Position numbers and translations under genes: made by a program. This document shows positions 51,128-61,823 of a stretch of DNA of 64,000 bases, one piece after another. The stretch lies in NCBI GenBank assembly GCA_965203275.1, contig OZ241865.1, forward strand, positions 832,001-896,000, read 5' to 3'. The stretch is from Bdellovibrionales bacterium (GTDB lineage Bacteria; Bdellovibrionota; Bdellovibrionia; Bdellovibrionales; JAUICD01). Every line of letters begins with the position of its first letter. Position 1 is the stretch's first letter. The notes under the pieces were generated by a model, which was given only the letters and a program-made list of their open reading frames with translations, was not told the DNA's origin and searched no databases.

Positions 51128-53157
51128 GGGGAAGATGTCCACTGGCTTATACCAGTAAGGTAAGTATGAAGTTCTTGCTCTAATTGAGATTGTAGATCAG
51201 AATCATTTACATTTATTTTTTCTTGAGTATCCTCCTTTATTTTAAATACCTGAGTCGTTTTAGTGGCATGTGCATATTCTAAAAGATAGGGACCTTTTCT
51301 TAACCAATAATGATGAGTATCTGAAAAAAGAGTTCTATTTTCTTCATCATTTAATAAGTTTCTTCCAATAAAGGGAATTTCTTTTTCATAACCTATCATA
51401 TAAAGAAGAGTCGTTGGAATATCTTGATGAGAGGCTACTTTGAGGCTTTCTCCTTTTTTGGTCAAATCCCCTCCTTCTCTGCGATCTAAAATAATTAAGG
51501 GTACTTGTGCATGTTGTAGGCTATTTGTGTTAAAAGGGATGGAATTCCATGTTCTGTGTTCTCCTGTGAGGACTATAATCAGATTATCACCTAAAAGCTC
51601 GATGATATTTTTTACAAAATTTTCTAAAACCCAGTTGGTATAGCATAATCCTTTTTGTATATTTTCAGAATAAACAGATGCTCTGTTTATTGAACAAAAT
51701 TTCTCAAAATCAAACTGCTGAAATGGAGAATCTGAAGAAGAATGAATAATATCTCCAAAATGAAGTGTATTGAGAAGGATCTTTACAAAAAGAGGATGAT
51801 CTATGTTTTTTCTCATTTCATCTAATGCTCTTTTTGTCACTTGACTGTCATCTGCTTTAACCAGTCCTGGTCCTGAGTGAGTGTAAGCAATTGATTGATC
51901 TCCAAACACTTCATCACCACCATATTCTAAGAAATAATACTCCATTTTAAAAAGATCAGTCGATCCCATAAAGAATAATGACTTATAGCCTAAAGGTTTG
52001 AGGAGGGACATAAGGGATCTTTTTTTAAGATTTAACTCAGGTTGAAAGCGATAGCCATCCACCATTGGGAAACCTAACAATAAAGATAAAAATGCATTAA
52101 AACTACACTGATAATGGAAATAAAAGTTTTTAAAAGATAAACCCTCTGAAGCTATTTGACGAAGATAAGGTAAATGTGAACTTTCATTTTGAGTATTTTC
52201 TAAGAATTTTTTAGATAAAGAATCAATATTGATCAGTACAATGTGAGGATTGGTTTGAAATTCTTTTGGAGGATTTTTAAACCTTCTAATAATATCGCTA
52301 GCATTGAGGAGTTCTGTTTGGTTGCTACTGATGATATCTTGAAAGGTTTCTCTGACAAGTGCATTGGGATTAATATTAAGACCTAAATCTATCTTTGAGT
52401 TATTGAGTGTCTGGATGGTTAAATTATAAAGGGCATTTTTAGCTGCCACTTGATAAAAAGTTTGTTGAAAGGGAGAATGGATCACATCAGTTAAACTAAT
52501 AGAAAAAAGAGGCGACAAAAAGGTAAGGCTTGTTAAGTAAAGCAAAAAAGCATGAAAATAAATAGCTATATAATACTGAGCTGGGCTTAAACTTTGAATG
52601 ATGGGTTTCTTTTTAAAATGACGACCAGATATATAATGATAGAGCTGTGCAAGAGACAAAGAGAATTGTGTGATCAGAGAAGATATTAGCAGAAGTAGAG
52701 GTACTAACAGCATTTCCAACGGATAATTTTCATAGAAAGATAAAAGAATAGGTATGATGTTAGAAAAGCTTAAAAAGTTGCCCAAGGCATGTATATGTAT
52801 ACGATCATAATAGGCTTGAAAAAAGAAAATATCTGCTAAAGATAAAAGTACAAAAATAAAAATAACAGATGTTAAATAGATGTCTTTGATTTTTTGAAAA
52901 AAATATGACCTTAAAATAAAGAACACACAAGTAGGAGCAAACAAAATAGATAGAGTGCTACCGTCGATGATCAAACCAATGAGAAAAACCTTTAGAATTT
53001 GCCAGTCAAAAACAGCAAACCCTCCATTGCAAGCTAAAAAGAGGCCTCTTAAAATCATCCCTGACAGGAGAGTCAAAGCAAAAGCAGGTAAGATATTAGA
53101 AGTTTGCAGAAACGGGGAGGAGGGGGAGGGGGACTTGCCTATTATTTGTTGATTCAT
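51094..53157 (-). CDS. LTA-synthase/sulfatase-like membrane protein (active site looks degenerate)
   Basis: Several N-terminal TM helices, PHIVLINIDS, LTGEHR, SHQDIPTTLL, FIGRNLL. Confidence 0.75.
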   Translation of the reverse strand: MNQQIIGKSPSPSSPFLQTSNILPAFALTLLSGMILRGLFLACNGGFAVFDWQILKVFLIGLIIDGSTLSILFAPTCVFFILRSYFFQKIKDIYLTSVIFIFVLLSLADIFFFQAYYDRIHIHALGNFLSFSNIIPILLSFYENYPLEMLLVPLLLLISSLITQFSLSLAQLYHYISGRHFKKKPIIQSLSPAQYYIAIYFHAFLLYLTSLTFLSPLFSISLTDVIHSPFQQTFYQVAAKNALYNLTIQTLNNSKIDLGLNINPNALVRETFQDIISSNQTELLNASDIIRRFKNPPKEFQTNPHIVLINIDSLSKKFLENTQNESSHLPYLRQIASEGLSFKNFYFHYQCSFNAFLSLLLGFPMVDGYRFQPELNLKKRSLMSLLKPLGYKSLFFMGSTDLFKMEYYFLEYGGDEVFGDQSIAYTHSGPGLVKADDSQVTKRALDEMRKNIDHPLFVKILLNTLHFGDIIHSSSDSPFQQFDFEKFCSINRASVYSENIQKGLCYTNWVLENFVKNIIELLGDNLIIVLTGEHRTWNSIPFNTNSLQHAQVPLIILDRREGGDLTKKGESLKVASHQDIPTTLLYMIGYEKEIPFIGRNLLNDEENRTLFSDTHHYWLRKGPYLLEYAHATKTTQVFKIKEDTQEKINVNDSDLQSQLEQELHTYLTGISQWTSSPYPLLDEALPQ

Positions 53158-53226
53158 ATTTTATCAATTCCATTTTATGTTTTTGTATGTGTAGAAAGCG
53201 ACGAGGTGGACCTATACCTTTCTTTG

Positions 53227-53283
53227 AACTCTTTGAGTTGAAACTCTTTGAGTTGAAACTCCTTGAATTGAAAGTCTTTGAGT
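53227..53283. repeat. Four 15-bp tandem units, each a small palindrome (AACTC-TTT-GAGTT)
   Basis: Seen directly in the divergent intergenic region. Confidence 0.8.
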
Positions 53284-53471
53284 AAGATATAAGACCTTTT
53301 AGCCATCTTATATGATGAGGGTCCTTTAAAGATTATTTTCTGTCAATATTGTAGCTTAAAAAACATACTTTGACCTTGAAATTCTATTGATCAAAGATAA
53401 CTCTACTTTGTGCTTTACAAAGGTAGCCGACAGATGGTATAAAACAAAAGCAAACAAGATAAGGATTATTT

Positions 53472-54752
53472 ATGCAAAATATTTGTGTTAAGAAATTTGG
53501 TGGAACATCACTAGGGAGTCTTGAGCGTATTCGGGCTATAGCCCAAAGAATCCATGAAGACTATAAAAAAGGTCAAAAACCTGTGGTTGTAGCTTCTGCT
53601 ATGTCCGGTCAAACCAATCGATTTATTGCTATGGCAGAAGATATATTTCCTGGTTTTAGAGGGCCTGCTTATGATATGCTTTTAGCTTCAGGAGAACAAA
53701 TCTCTATTGCTCTTCTATCCATGTCTTTAAGCCGTTTAGGTGTTAAAGCCAAACCTTTTTTAGCTCATCAATTATCTATTATAACAGATTCTTTATTTTC
53801 AAAGGCTCGCATACAAAAAATAGAAACTCAAAAACTTTTAGATTTTGTCCATCAGGGCGGTATTCCTATTGTTGCAGGATTTCAAGGAGTTGACTTAGAT
53901 AATCAAATCACAACACTTGGACGAGGTGGATCAGATACATCAGCAGTGGCTTTAGCTATTGCACTAGATACTTCCCACTGTGAAATCTATACCGATGTAC
54001 CAGGGGTGTACAGTGCAGACCCTCGCCTTGTCCCTTCTGCAAGTCCTATTGCAGAGCTTAATTTTGAAGAAATGATGGAGATGGCTGCTTTAGGCTGTCG
54101 TATTTTAAATATACGTAGCGTAGAGATGGCATCAAAATTTCAAATGGCTATTCATGTTCGATCCTCCTTTGATCAAAGGGAGGGTACATGGATTCGAACC
54201 CAACCCCAAAGGAGACTTATGGAAAACCCAATTGTAACAGCTATTACACACGAGGTATCTACAGTTGTGATCAAGCTTTTTCCCTTACCATTAGGGACAG
54301 AAATTTTAGCTAGTTTATTTCAAAAGCTAGCTAAAAAAGGCATTGTTGTAGATATCATTGCACAAAGTTATATACAAGAGCAGCAAAGGGTTGCTTTTTC
54401 TATCCCTACAGAAGATAAAATAACTGCTTGTCAGTTATTGCAAAGTTTCTTAGAAGATAGCCAGATCACCGTATTAGAAAATGTCTCTAAGATCAGCATT
54501 GTAGGTGTCGGCATGCGGAATCATCCAGGTGTGGCAGCAAAGTTTTTTAAGATATTATCCGATGTGCCTATTCATCTTGTCACAACATCCGAAATTAAAA
54601 TGAGTGCTGTGATCGATCGGATACATTTACAAAAAGTAGCTAAGGCTCTCCACTCAGCTTTTCAGTTAGATCAATCTACAGAAAGCACTGCCCAGACTCG
54701 TGCCATCAGACATAACAATCTAAGTTATATGAGAGAAGATGCTTTGTTATAA
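53472..54752 (+). CDS. lysC: Aspartate kinase
   Basis: KFGGTS, TTLGRGGSDTSA, YTDVPG, ACT domains. Confidence 0.96.
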   Translation: MQNICVKKFGGTSLGSLERIRAIAQRIHEDYKKGQKPVVVASAMSGQTNRFIAMAEDIFPGFRGPAYDMLLASGEQISIALLSMSLSRLGVKAKPFLAHQLSIITDSLFSKARIQKIETQKLLDFVHQGGIPIVAGFQGVDLDNQITTLGRGGSDTSAVALAIALDTSHCEIYTDVPGVYSADPRLVPSASPIAELNFEEMMEMAALGCRILNIRSVEMASKFQMAIHVRSSFDQREGTWIRTQPQRRLMENPIVTAITHEVSTVVIKLFPLPLGTEILASLFQKLAKKGIVVDIIAQSYIQEQQRVAFSIPTEDKITACQLLQSFLEDSQITVLENVSKISIVGVGMRNHPGVAAKFFKILSDVPIHLVTTSEIKMSAVIDRIHLQKVAKALHSAFQLDQSTESTAQTRAIRHNNLSYMREDALL

Positions 54753-55908
54753 AGATGATGAGCTTTATTTTCAACAGATAGCTTTAAGCCATTTGGTCAA
54801 GCAACATGGAACACCTATTTATGTGTATTCCTTATCTGTCATTCAAGAAAGATTACAAAAGTTTATGCAAGCGTTCGATCATCAAATAAGCGTTCATTTT
54901 GCTATGAAATGTAACGCAAATCAAAAAATACTGCAACAAATGCAGAAAGCTCAAATAGGTGTAGATGTGGTCTCTCAAGGAGAAATTAAAGAGGCCTTTG
55001 CTGTAGGTTTTCAACCTTCAGATGTGATATTTTCTGGAGTGGCTAAAACTGTCAAAGAATTAACATTTGCTATTGAAAATAATATTAAGCAAATCAATGT
55101 GGAAAGCCCTCAAGAGTTAGAGCGTATAGGTATTTTGACAGAAAAACTTGGCCAGACAGCTTGCGTTGCTTTCCGTTATAATCCTGATGTCAATCCAGTC
55201 ACTCATCCTTATATTACAACAGGTTTAAGAGAGAATAAATTTGGTATGGATTCTTCTTTCTTGCCAGAAATAGAATCTATTTTGAAAAAATATCAAAGGC
55301 TTATTTTAAGAGGTGTGACCATTCATATAGGTTCTCAAGTTTTAGATATATCAGTCATTCAGGAAGCTATTGAAAAAACCATTCCTATTTATAAATATTT
55401 TGAATCGTTAGGGTTTCCTATAGAGAGCTTTGATGTGGGAGGAGGTCTTGGAATACCCTACCAGAAGGAGCAACAAACCCCTAATATAGATCATTATGGT
55501 CAGATGATTTTGGATTTATTAAAACCTTTATCTTGTGAAATTATTTGTGAACCAGGGCGAATCCTTATGGCTCCTGCAGGTATTTTGCTAACAGAAGTGC
55601 AGTATATTAAAAGCACTTCTTTTAAGAATTTTGCTATGGTGGATACAGGAATGCACCACCTTTTACGTCCTGCTCTATATGATGCCCACCATGAGATATG
55701 GCCTTTAAAACAAAAAAAAGGCTTAGGAAAAGTGTACGATGTTGTAGGACCTATTTGTGAATCAGCTGATGTAATTGGCAAGTCAAGGTTATTGAAAGAA
55801 TTAAAACAAGGCGATCTGTTAGCTATTTTAGATGTAGGGGCTTATGGTTATATTATGGCCAATAGATATAATGCACATCCCTTCCCTGAAGAAATTTTTA
55901 TTCCTTAA
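54739..55908 (+). CDS. lysA: Diaminopimelate decarboxylase
   Basis: FAMKCN, HIGSQ, DVGGG, EPGR, GPICESAD, GAYG. Confidence 0.96.
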   Translation: MLCYKDDELYFQQIALSHLVKQHGTPIYVYSLSVIQERLQKFMQAFDHQISVHFAMKCNANQKILQQMQKAQIGVDVVSQGEIKEAFAVGFQPSDVIFSGVAKTVKELTFAIENNIKQINVESPQELERIGILTEKLGQTACVAFRYNPDVNPVTHPYITTGLRENKFGMDSSFLPEIESILKKYQRLILRGVTIHIGSQVLDISVIQEAIEKTIPIYKYFESLGFPIESFDVGGGLGIPYQKEQQTPNIDHYGQMILDLLKPLSCEIICEPGRILMAPAGILLTEVQYIKSTSFKNFAMVDTGMHHLLRPALYDAHHEIWPLKQKKGLGKVYDVVGPICESADVIGKSRLLKELKQGDLLAILDVGAYGYIMANRYNAHPFPEEIFIP

Positions 55909-55964
55909 GGCTGGCCTTAAAGACTATGATTTTTATTTTTATATTTTGTTTTCATAGTTTTTAT

Positions 55965-56038
55965 CCTGAGTTTGATAGCCTGCAAAAATAAAGTTGAGTA
56001 AAACCCTGAGTTTGATAGCCTGCAAAAATAAAGTTGAG
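55965..56038 (+). repeat. 34-bp direct repeat (period 40), possibly a lipoprotein gene remnant
   Basis: CCTGAGTTTGATAGCCTGCAAAAATAAAGTTGAG occurs twice. One frame reads FVFIVFILSLIACKNKVE-stop. Confidence 0.7.
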
Positions 56039-56202
56039 CAGTAGGTTATGAGTCGAAAGAGATTTTGTGCCACTAGGTTTTTGTTTTTGTGGCAGAATTT
56101 TAGAAAATCTATGTTGTTTCACTAAAAGTGGCCAGAGGTCAATTCATTTTAAGTTAAAAAAAAGGAAACCAGTTTTGTAGATTGTCCAATAAACAAGAAT
56201 GT

Positions 56203-56418
56203 TTAACCTAAGTTATTTAGTTTTTTCTGTATTTCTCGTATTTTGTTCTCTGTAGAGTCTGTGATTTTTGCAATGGTCGAAATATCCATGTTATTTTTCA
56301 ACATATTTAAGATGACACTTTGTTTTTCTTCCTGTCGCCCTTCCTGTCGCCCTTTTTGCAACCCTTTTTGCAATCCTTCCTGTAATAATCTTTCTCTTGT
56401 GATCTGTAGTGGTGGCAT
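56203..56418 (-). CDS. RpnS-like intragenic small protein (putative antitoxin)
   Basis: In-frame ATG (MPPLQ...) preceded by AAAGGAGG inside the Rpn C-terminal region. Confidence 0.65.
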   Translation of the reverse strand: MPPLQITRERLLQEGLQKGLQKGRQEGRQEEKQSVILNMLKNNMDISTIAKITDSTENKIREIQKKLNNLG

Positions 56419-56499
56419 GGTTCTTTCCTCCTTTAATATATGTTTTTCTTCTATTTTTTGCAATACTTTCCATGTAAAACTAGGATCATAAATCCTGTC

Positions 56500-56874
56500 T
56501 GTTTCACTCAAAGTGAACTGGCCTCTGGCCACTTTTGGACAATGACCGCAAAGGCTTTCGCCTTTGACAAAATGGTCATTGTCTCAAAAGCCTGTTCACT
56601 TTGAGTAGGAAGGATCCCTTCCTCTTTTGACACGATGTTAAGGAAACAAGCTGTCTCTTAACATAATGTTAAGGGAAAAAGTTTTATTTGTAAACTCGCT
56701 TGCCCTTAAGGCAATAAAAAACTTTTTCCTTAACATGGTGTAAAGGAATAAAAAGATCCTCCTCTACTTAAAATAAATGGATTTTCTAGGTAGTTAGCCT
56801 TTGATCGACGGCGGTAGCCGTCGGGCTAACTGCCAGAAAACATGCCAGAGGCATGATTTATTTTGAGTGAAACA
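56500..56874. mobile_element. MITE-like composite of two divergent repeat modules with 13-bp terminal inverted repeats
   Basis: Begins TGTTTCACTCAAA and ends TTTGAGTGAAACA; lies within a coding sequence. Confidence 0.7.
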
Positions 56875-57389
56875 ATACTTGCACCTTTGATGATGGAAAA
56901 TTCAAATATCCATGGAAACTCAACGGCATCTTCCAAGGCTCCTTACCAGAATAAACCAATACAGGAATTACCAAAGAAGGCACTTTATTGTTACCCTGTT
57001 GATCTTTACTGTCCTTCTCATAAATATTAGCTTGGTAATTGAGCATCTGGATAAAAACACTGGGATCGTTATAAGACTTATGCTCAAAAAGGAAGATAAT
57101 CTCAACCATCTGCCCTGTTTTCAGTTGAACAGAAAAAATCACATCAGCCCGACGCTCTCTAAAAGCTTTATCTATAAAAACAGTCACTCTAGATTGCAAG
57201 GTACTCCAATCAAAAAGTTCAAATTCCTCTGAATTTAAAACCAAACGCAACAAATCTAAAATATATTGTTCTTTGCTGTAAACTTCATAAAATAGATGGT
57301 CAAATAAATGTAAGACATCACGCTTAAAACCTTTTTTGTTCTTTTTACGATGTTTGAATTTTTTAGACATAATCGCTCCTTATGTGTTT

Positions 57390-58050
57390 TTGTTTCATTA
57401 AAAATAGTCTAGCCTCTGTTTCACTCAAAGTAAACTGACCTCTGGTCACTTTTGGACAATGACCGCAAAGGCTTTCGCCTTTGACAAAATAGGCAACACC
57501 TAAAAAATCCGTTCATTTCAAGTAAGAAAGGATATCCTTGCCTCTTGACATCATGTTAAGGAAAATATCCTTCTAATAACAGTTAGCCCGACGGCTGTCG
57601 CCGTCGATCAAAGGCTGATTGCCTCAAAAGTCCGTTTACTTTTAGTAGGGAGGATCTCTTCCTTTTTTAACATCATGTTAAGGAAAAAATTCCTTCATCA
57701 CTACTGGCAACCTAGAAAGCCTGACCACTTTTAGTAGAAAGGATCTCTTCGTCTCTTGACTACATGTTAGGGAAAAAGTTCTTTCTGATGCCGGGTTGCC
57801 GGATCCCAGATCCCGGATGAAGATCATGTTAGGGAAAAAAGATGTTTGTTTTTTTGGAATTTTTTCTAAAAGGTAGGGAAATTGGGTTTGAAAATTGGAA
57901 ATCAAGTGATTTCAGCTAGTTTGGTTCACTAAAAATAAACCAGCTAGAAGCTGGTTTATTTTTAGTGAGACAAATGCGGTCATTGCCCAAAAGTAGCCAG
58001 AGGCTAGACCACTTTTAGTGAAACAGAGGTCAGTTCATTTTGAGTGAAAA
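57390..58050. repeat. Structured modular repeat cluster G (mostly minus orientation)
   Basis: Same P1/P2/P3 arms and TTCCTTAACAT linkers. GATCC-heptamer head at about 57790-57817. Confidence 0.88.
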
Positions 58051-58185
58051 AAGCGTGAGTCGGGTTTAAGATAAACTCCAAAAACATAACATCAATAAGC
58101 CTGATGATAATTTTGATGTAGAACGTAAAGGATGAGTGAAGATACTTGTCCATTAAATCATTTTAACAATATAAGGGGGTTTAAA

Positions 58186-58896
58186 ATGACATATTTATTT
58201 ACTAACCAAAAAAGAAATCAAAGGGGCTTTAGCTTAATCGAGCTAATGGTCGTCGTCGCTATTATTGGTCTATTGGCCGCTATTGCAATACCACAGTACG
58301 GTCGTTTTCAAAAGCGAGCAATGCAAACAGAGGCTAAAAGTGGCTTAAGTGGTTTATATGTAGCACAAAGGACTTTTATAACAGAATGGAATTTTGCGTC
58401 ATCAAGTATGGGACAGTTAGGATATGCTGTTGAAGGTGATACAAGATATGCTGTTGGATGGGTTGCACGAACAGGAGATGCAAGAGACGCTTCGACTGTT
58501 CCGGCTAGTAGGGCTGATGGTTATAGAGGGCCGGCAACACCGACTGGTCCAGACTCTAACACGGGAGCTACTTGGCCAGCTGGTCTTACTGACTTAAATG
58601 CATGGGGGACATTACCTACGTGTAGTAATACGGCAGGGACAGTTTGTACAGCTAATGAAATATCGAACGGATGTTGGACTAATACCCATGGTACTGTAGC
58701 AACTGGTGATGATACATGTGAAGTCGCCGCTTCGAATGGTCTACATATAGCCTCTGCTGGTGCTGGAATTACATACACTGCTGGTGCCGCATCTTATCTT
58801 GGAACAAAAGGAACTATAGTGCCTGCTGATGCAGATACATGGACAATAAACCATCAAAAAACTATTAGGAATACTCAAGACGGGACAGATAAATAA
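58186..58896 (+). CDS. pilA: Type IV pilin
   Basis: Class III signal [26 protein letters not shown]; Thr/Gly-rich variable region; DTWTIN..K C-terminus. Confidence 0.92.
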   Translation: MTYLFTNQKRNQRGFSLIELMVVVAIIGLLAAIAIPQYGRFQKRAMQTEAKSGLSGLYVAQRTFITEWNFASSSMGQLGYAVEGDTRYAVGWVARTGDARDASTVPASRADGYRGPATPTGPDSNTGATWPAGLTDLNAWGTLPTCSNTAGTVCTANEISNGCWTNTHGTVATGDDTCEVAASNGLHIASAGAGITYTAGAASYLGTKGTIVPADADTWTINHQKTIRNTQDGTDK

Positions 58897-58912
58897 TCCA
58901 TTAATTCAATTA

Positions 58913-58949
58913 TAAGGCTATGGGTTTTAAGGCCCATAGCTTTTATTTT
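58913..58949 (+). terminator. Rho-independent terminator after the pilin gene
   Basis: GCTATGGG-loop-CCCATAGC followed by TTTTATTTT. Confidence 0.75.
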
Positions 58950-58953
58950 ATCT

Positions 58954-59469
58954 TTGGAGACTATAGTCATGTTAAAAATAAGAAAAGCCATCAAATATTT
59001 AGCAAAGCCGAGACAATTTATGTATTTATTGGCTTTATTGGTCGCTGTTTGGATAAATGCCTTTTATATGTTCGCTGAGGACAATTATCTAAGAGCTAAA
59101 TTCAAGTCTGATCAAGAGATAGCAAAGCAAGAGCAAATACATGATAAAACATTCCAAATAGATATGAACACCGGGCGTAAGTCTTACGATAGCATCTTTG
59201 ATCCGGATGAGGCTGTCAGAAATAAGAGAATAGATACGATTGAGAGGTATCTCAATATATGCAATACGGCATCTTGTCGATTGATCGGTGGGTTAGAACC
59301 CACAAAGAAAGTTTGCAATAAAGAGCTATCAACATCACGGGAGTTTCATAAGTATAGAGTGTATTCATGTAGTTTAAAAATCACAGTGGAAAATGACGAA
59401 CCTATGGATTGTACGAGGGTAAATTGGAGTGATATAAAAGGCTTTTGTGAAAAGTTAAATGATACATAA
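58954..59469 (+). CDS. Hypothetical membrane-anchored Cys-rich protein
   Basis: One TM helix, six Cys; directly follows the pilin. Confidence 0.6.
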   Translation: METIVMLKIRKAIKYLAKPRQFMYLLALLVAVWINAFYMFAEDNYLRAKFKSDQEIAKQEQIHDKTFQIDMNTGRKSYDSIFDPDEAVRNKRIDTIERYLNICNTASCRLIGGLEPTKKVCNKELSTSREFHKYRVYSCSLKITVENDEPMDCTRVNWSDIKGFCEKLNDT

Positions 59470-59511
59470 AACCTTTTTGAGAACTTAAAAGTATTTTAAC
59501 GTTTTCATTTT

Positions 59512-59545
59512 AAAGGGGGCCCCCACGACAGGCCCTCTTTTTTTT
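59512..59545 (+). terminator. Probable Rho-independent terminator
   Basis: AAAGGGGGCC...GGCCCTCTTT followed by a T-run. Confidence 0.6.
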
Positions 59546-59648
59546 AAGTAAGTCCAAAGCCCTGCCGATAGAGTATTTAGATAGCAATTTAATATCTAAA
59601 GGTCGGTACAAAATTCCTAGAAAACAGAAGGCTTATTTATCGTTATTA

Positions 59649-60284
59649 TTGTTTGTTTTGTCTTGTTTGGCATTCGGGTTTAACAATTGTTATAAAGATA
59701 AGTTGGACAAGGTCGAAAGCCAGACATCTAGCTCTAAGATGACACAAACAAACCCATCACCAACTCAAAGATCAACACCGATTATAAACCCATCACCAAA
59801 TCTCGAAATGAATCAATCACTAATCAAAGACGTAAAGGAAGGCAACATCAGTAAAGTAAGAGATGCCTTAAACAATGAAACGAACATCAATCTTCAAAAC
59901 AAAGATGGACGGACGGCTTTAATGTGGGCTAGTGTTAAAGGCCATATTGAGATTGTAAAGCTATTGCTAGCAGCCGGAGCGGACGTCAATCTTCAAAGTA
60001 ATATTGGAGAGACGGCTTTAATGTGGGCAGTTATTCGAAGTCATGTAGAGATTGTAAAGTTATTGCTAGTAGCCGGAGCGGACGTCAATCTTCAAGATAT
60101 TATAGGATGGACGGCTTTAATGCTGGCAGATAGAGGAGGAGGTGATATTGTAAAGTTATTGCTAGCGGCCGGAGCGGACGTCAATCTTCAAGATAATATA
60201 GGATGGACGGCTTTAAAACATGCTAGAGGGAGAGACCATACAGAGATTGTAAGACTATTAAGAGAGGCCGGAGCTACAGAATAA
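59649..60284 (+). CDS. Secreted/lipoprotein ankyrin-repeat protein (start uncertain)
   Basis: FNNC motif and four GADVNLQ..G.TALM.A-type repeats. Confidence 0.88.
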   Translation: MFVLSCLAFGFNNCYKDKLDKVESQTSSSKMTQTNPSPTQRSTPIINPSPNLEMNQSLIKDVKEGNISKVRDALNNETNINLQNKDGRTALMWASVKGHIEIVKLLLAAGADVNLQSNIGETALMWAVIRSHVEIVKLLLVAGADVNLQDIIGWTALMLADRGGGDIVKLLLAAGADVNLQDNIGWTALKHARGRDHTEIVRLLREAGATE

Positions 60285-60491
60285 TACCAATTCTATATTT
60301 GACTTAATTTTTGTTTTTTCGTATGATGACAATATAAAAAACCTAAAAATAAGGGGAAAAACGAAATTTCAGATAAATAAATCAATGCTAGAGATAATAT
60401 TAAGCTAAAAGTTGCTATTTATGGATATTGTGTTTTGGTTTCATTTAGAGTATTTGTATTATGTTTAAAGATATAAAGGAGGTTCAAAGTT

Positions 60492-61654
60492 ATGACAGAG
60501 AGAGTTTTATTACAATTAACAATAGATGCTATTTTCAAAGCTTTTTTTGAAAAGAGAGAAGACCTTTTAATTTCACTGGTAGAGAATTTTGTACCTTTGC
60601 CTAAAGGTTCTGTGATAGAGGGTGTTTCATTATTAAACACAGAGCTTCTTCCCGATAAAGTTCCAGACGAATACAAATCCTTTACTTTAGATTTGCGTGT
60701 GAAATTAAGAAGACGGATCAGAGGCGTTCTTCAAAATACAGAGATTGTCCATGTAGAAGTTCAGACGACAAGTCAAAAGTTTTTTACAGATCGGATATTA
60801 GTTTATGCTTCTAGGGCTTATTCTGGTCAGATAAAGAAAGGCGAAGATTTTAATCAATTACTTCCTGTGTATTCACTTGTTTTTACAACAACTAATTTAA
60901 AAGAATTTGCAGGGATAAAGGATTACTATCATATCTGCAATATCCGTCGGACAAAACCACCAGAAGTGATTATGTCTCGTGGATTGTGTTTTGTCATTGT
61001 AGAATTAGGCAAGTTTCAGTCAAGTTTGCATGAATTATTTGACAAAAAGGCAGATTGGTGTTATCTTTTAAAGAACTCTGGTAATATGGATTTAAAGGAG
61101 TATACCAATTTTCAGAATAAAAGGGATCCTTCTTCTGGGATCTGGCAACCCGGCATCAGGTCCTAAAACTGAACTTTTTCCTTAACATTGTGTTAAAAAA
61201 GGAAAGGATCCTTCCTACTAAAAATAAACGGATTTTTGAGGTATTGCTCTTTTTGGACAGCGTAAGCTGTCAGAGCAATGCCCAAAAACAGCCAGAGGCT
61301 GGTTTATTTTTAGTGAGAATAAAAGGAGGCGTTATGGCAGAGGCAGCAAAGCATTTATGGATATTATCAAAAGATGAGACATTACAGGAACTTGCAATGG
61401 TGAAAGAGAGAGACAGAAAAGATCAAGCAGCCAGAGAAGATGATGCTTATGAGGAAGGGATGAAGAAAGGTCGTAAGGATGGGATGAAGAAAGGAATAGA
61501 AAAAGGGATGGAAAAATGGAAAAAGGAATGGAAAAAGGGATGGAAAAATGGAAAAAGGAATGGAAAAATGGAAAAAGGAATGGAGGTCGTAAAAGGGATG
61601 GAAAAAGGGATGACAGGTTTATCCAAAGATGACATTCTCAAGCTGAAAAAATAA
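60492..61654 (+). pseudogene. Rpn-family PD-(D/E)XK nuclease gene interrupted by a repeat module at about 61121-61322
   Basis: TIDAIFKAFF, LDLRV, HVEVQ, RILVYASRAYS. The frame continues after the module as GGVMAEAAKHL with EKG repeats. Confidence 0.85.
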
Positions 61655-61823
61655 TTTGCCTTTTTTAATTATAAGATTTGCTGTTATGGATTTAAAGGAG
61701 TATACCAATTTTCAAAATAAAGGGATCTGGCAACCCGGCATCAGGTACTAAAACTGAACTTTTTCCTTAACATTGTGTTAAAAAAGGAAAGGATCCTTCC
61801 TACTAAAAATAAACGGATTTTTG

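Larger units (their letters stand above)
56203..57370 (-). pseudogene. Rpn/YhgA-like PD-(D/E)XK nuclease gene interrupted by a repeat composite
   Basis: The N part has RRADVIFSV, LFEHKSY, QMLNY and PVLVYSG. The C part has QEGLQKG repeats and NMLKNNMDISTIAKIT. Insertion at 56500-56874. Confidence 0.88.

Noticed and set aside
53160..53470. Lysine riboswitch upstream of lysC
   Set aside because: I could not identify the conserved multi-stem L-box core.
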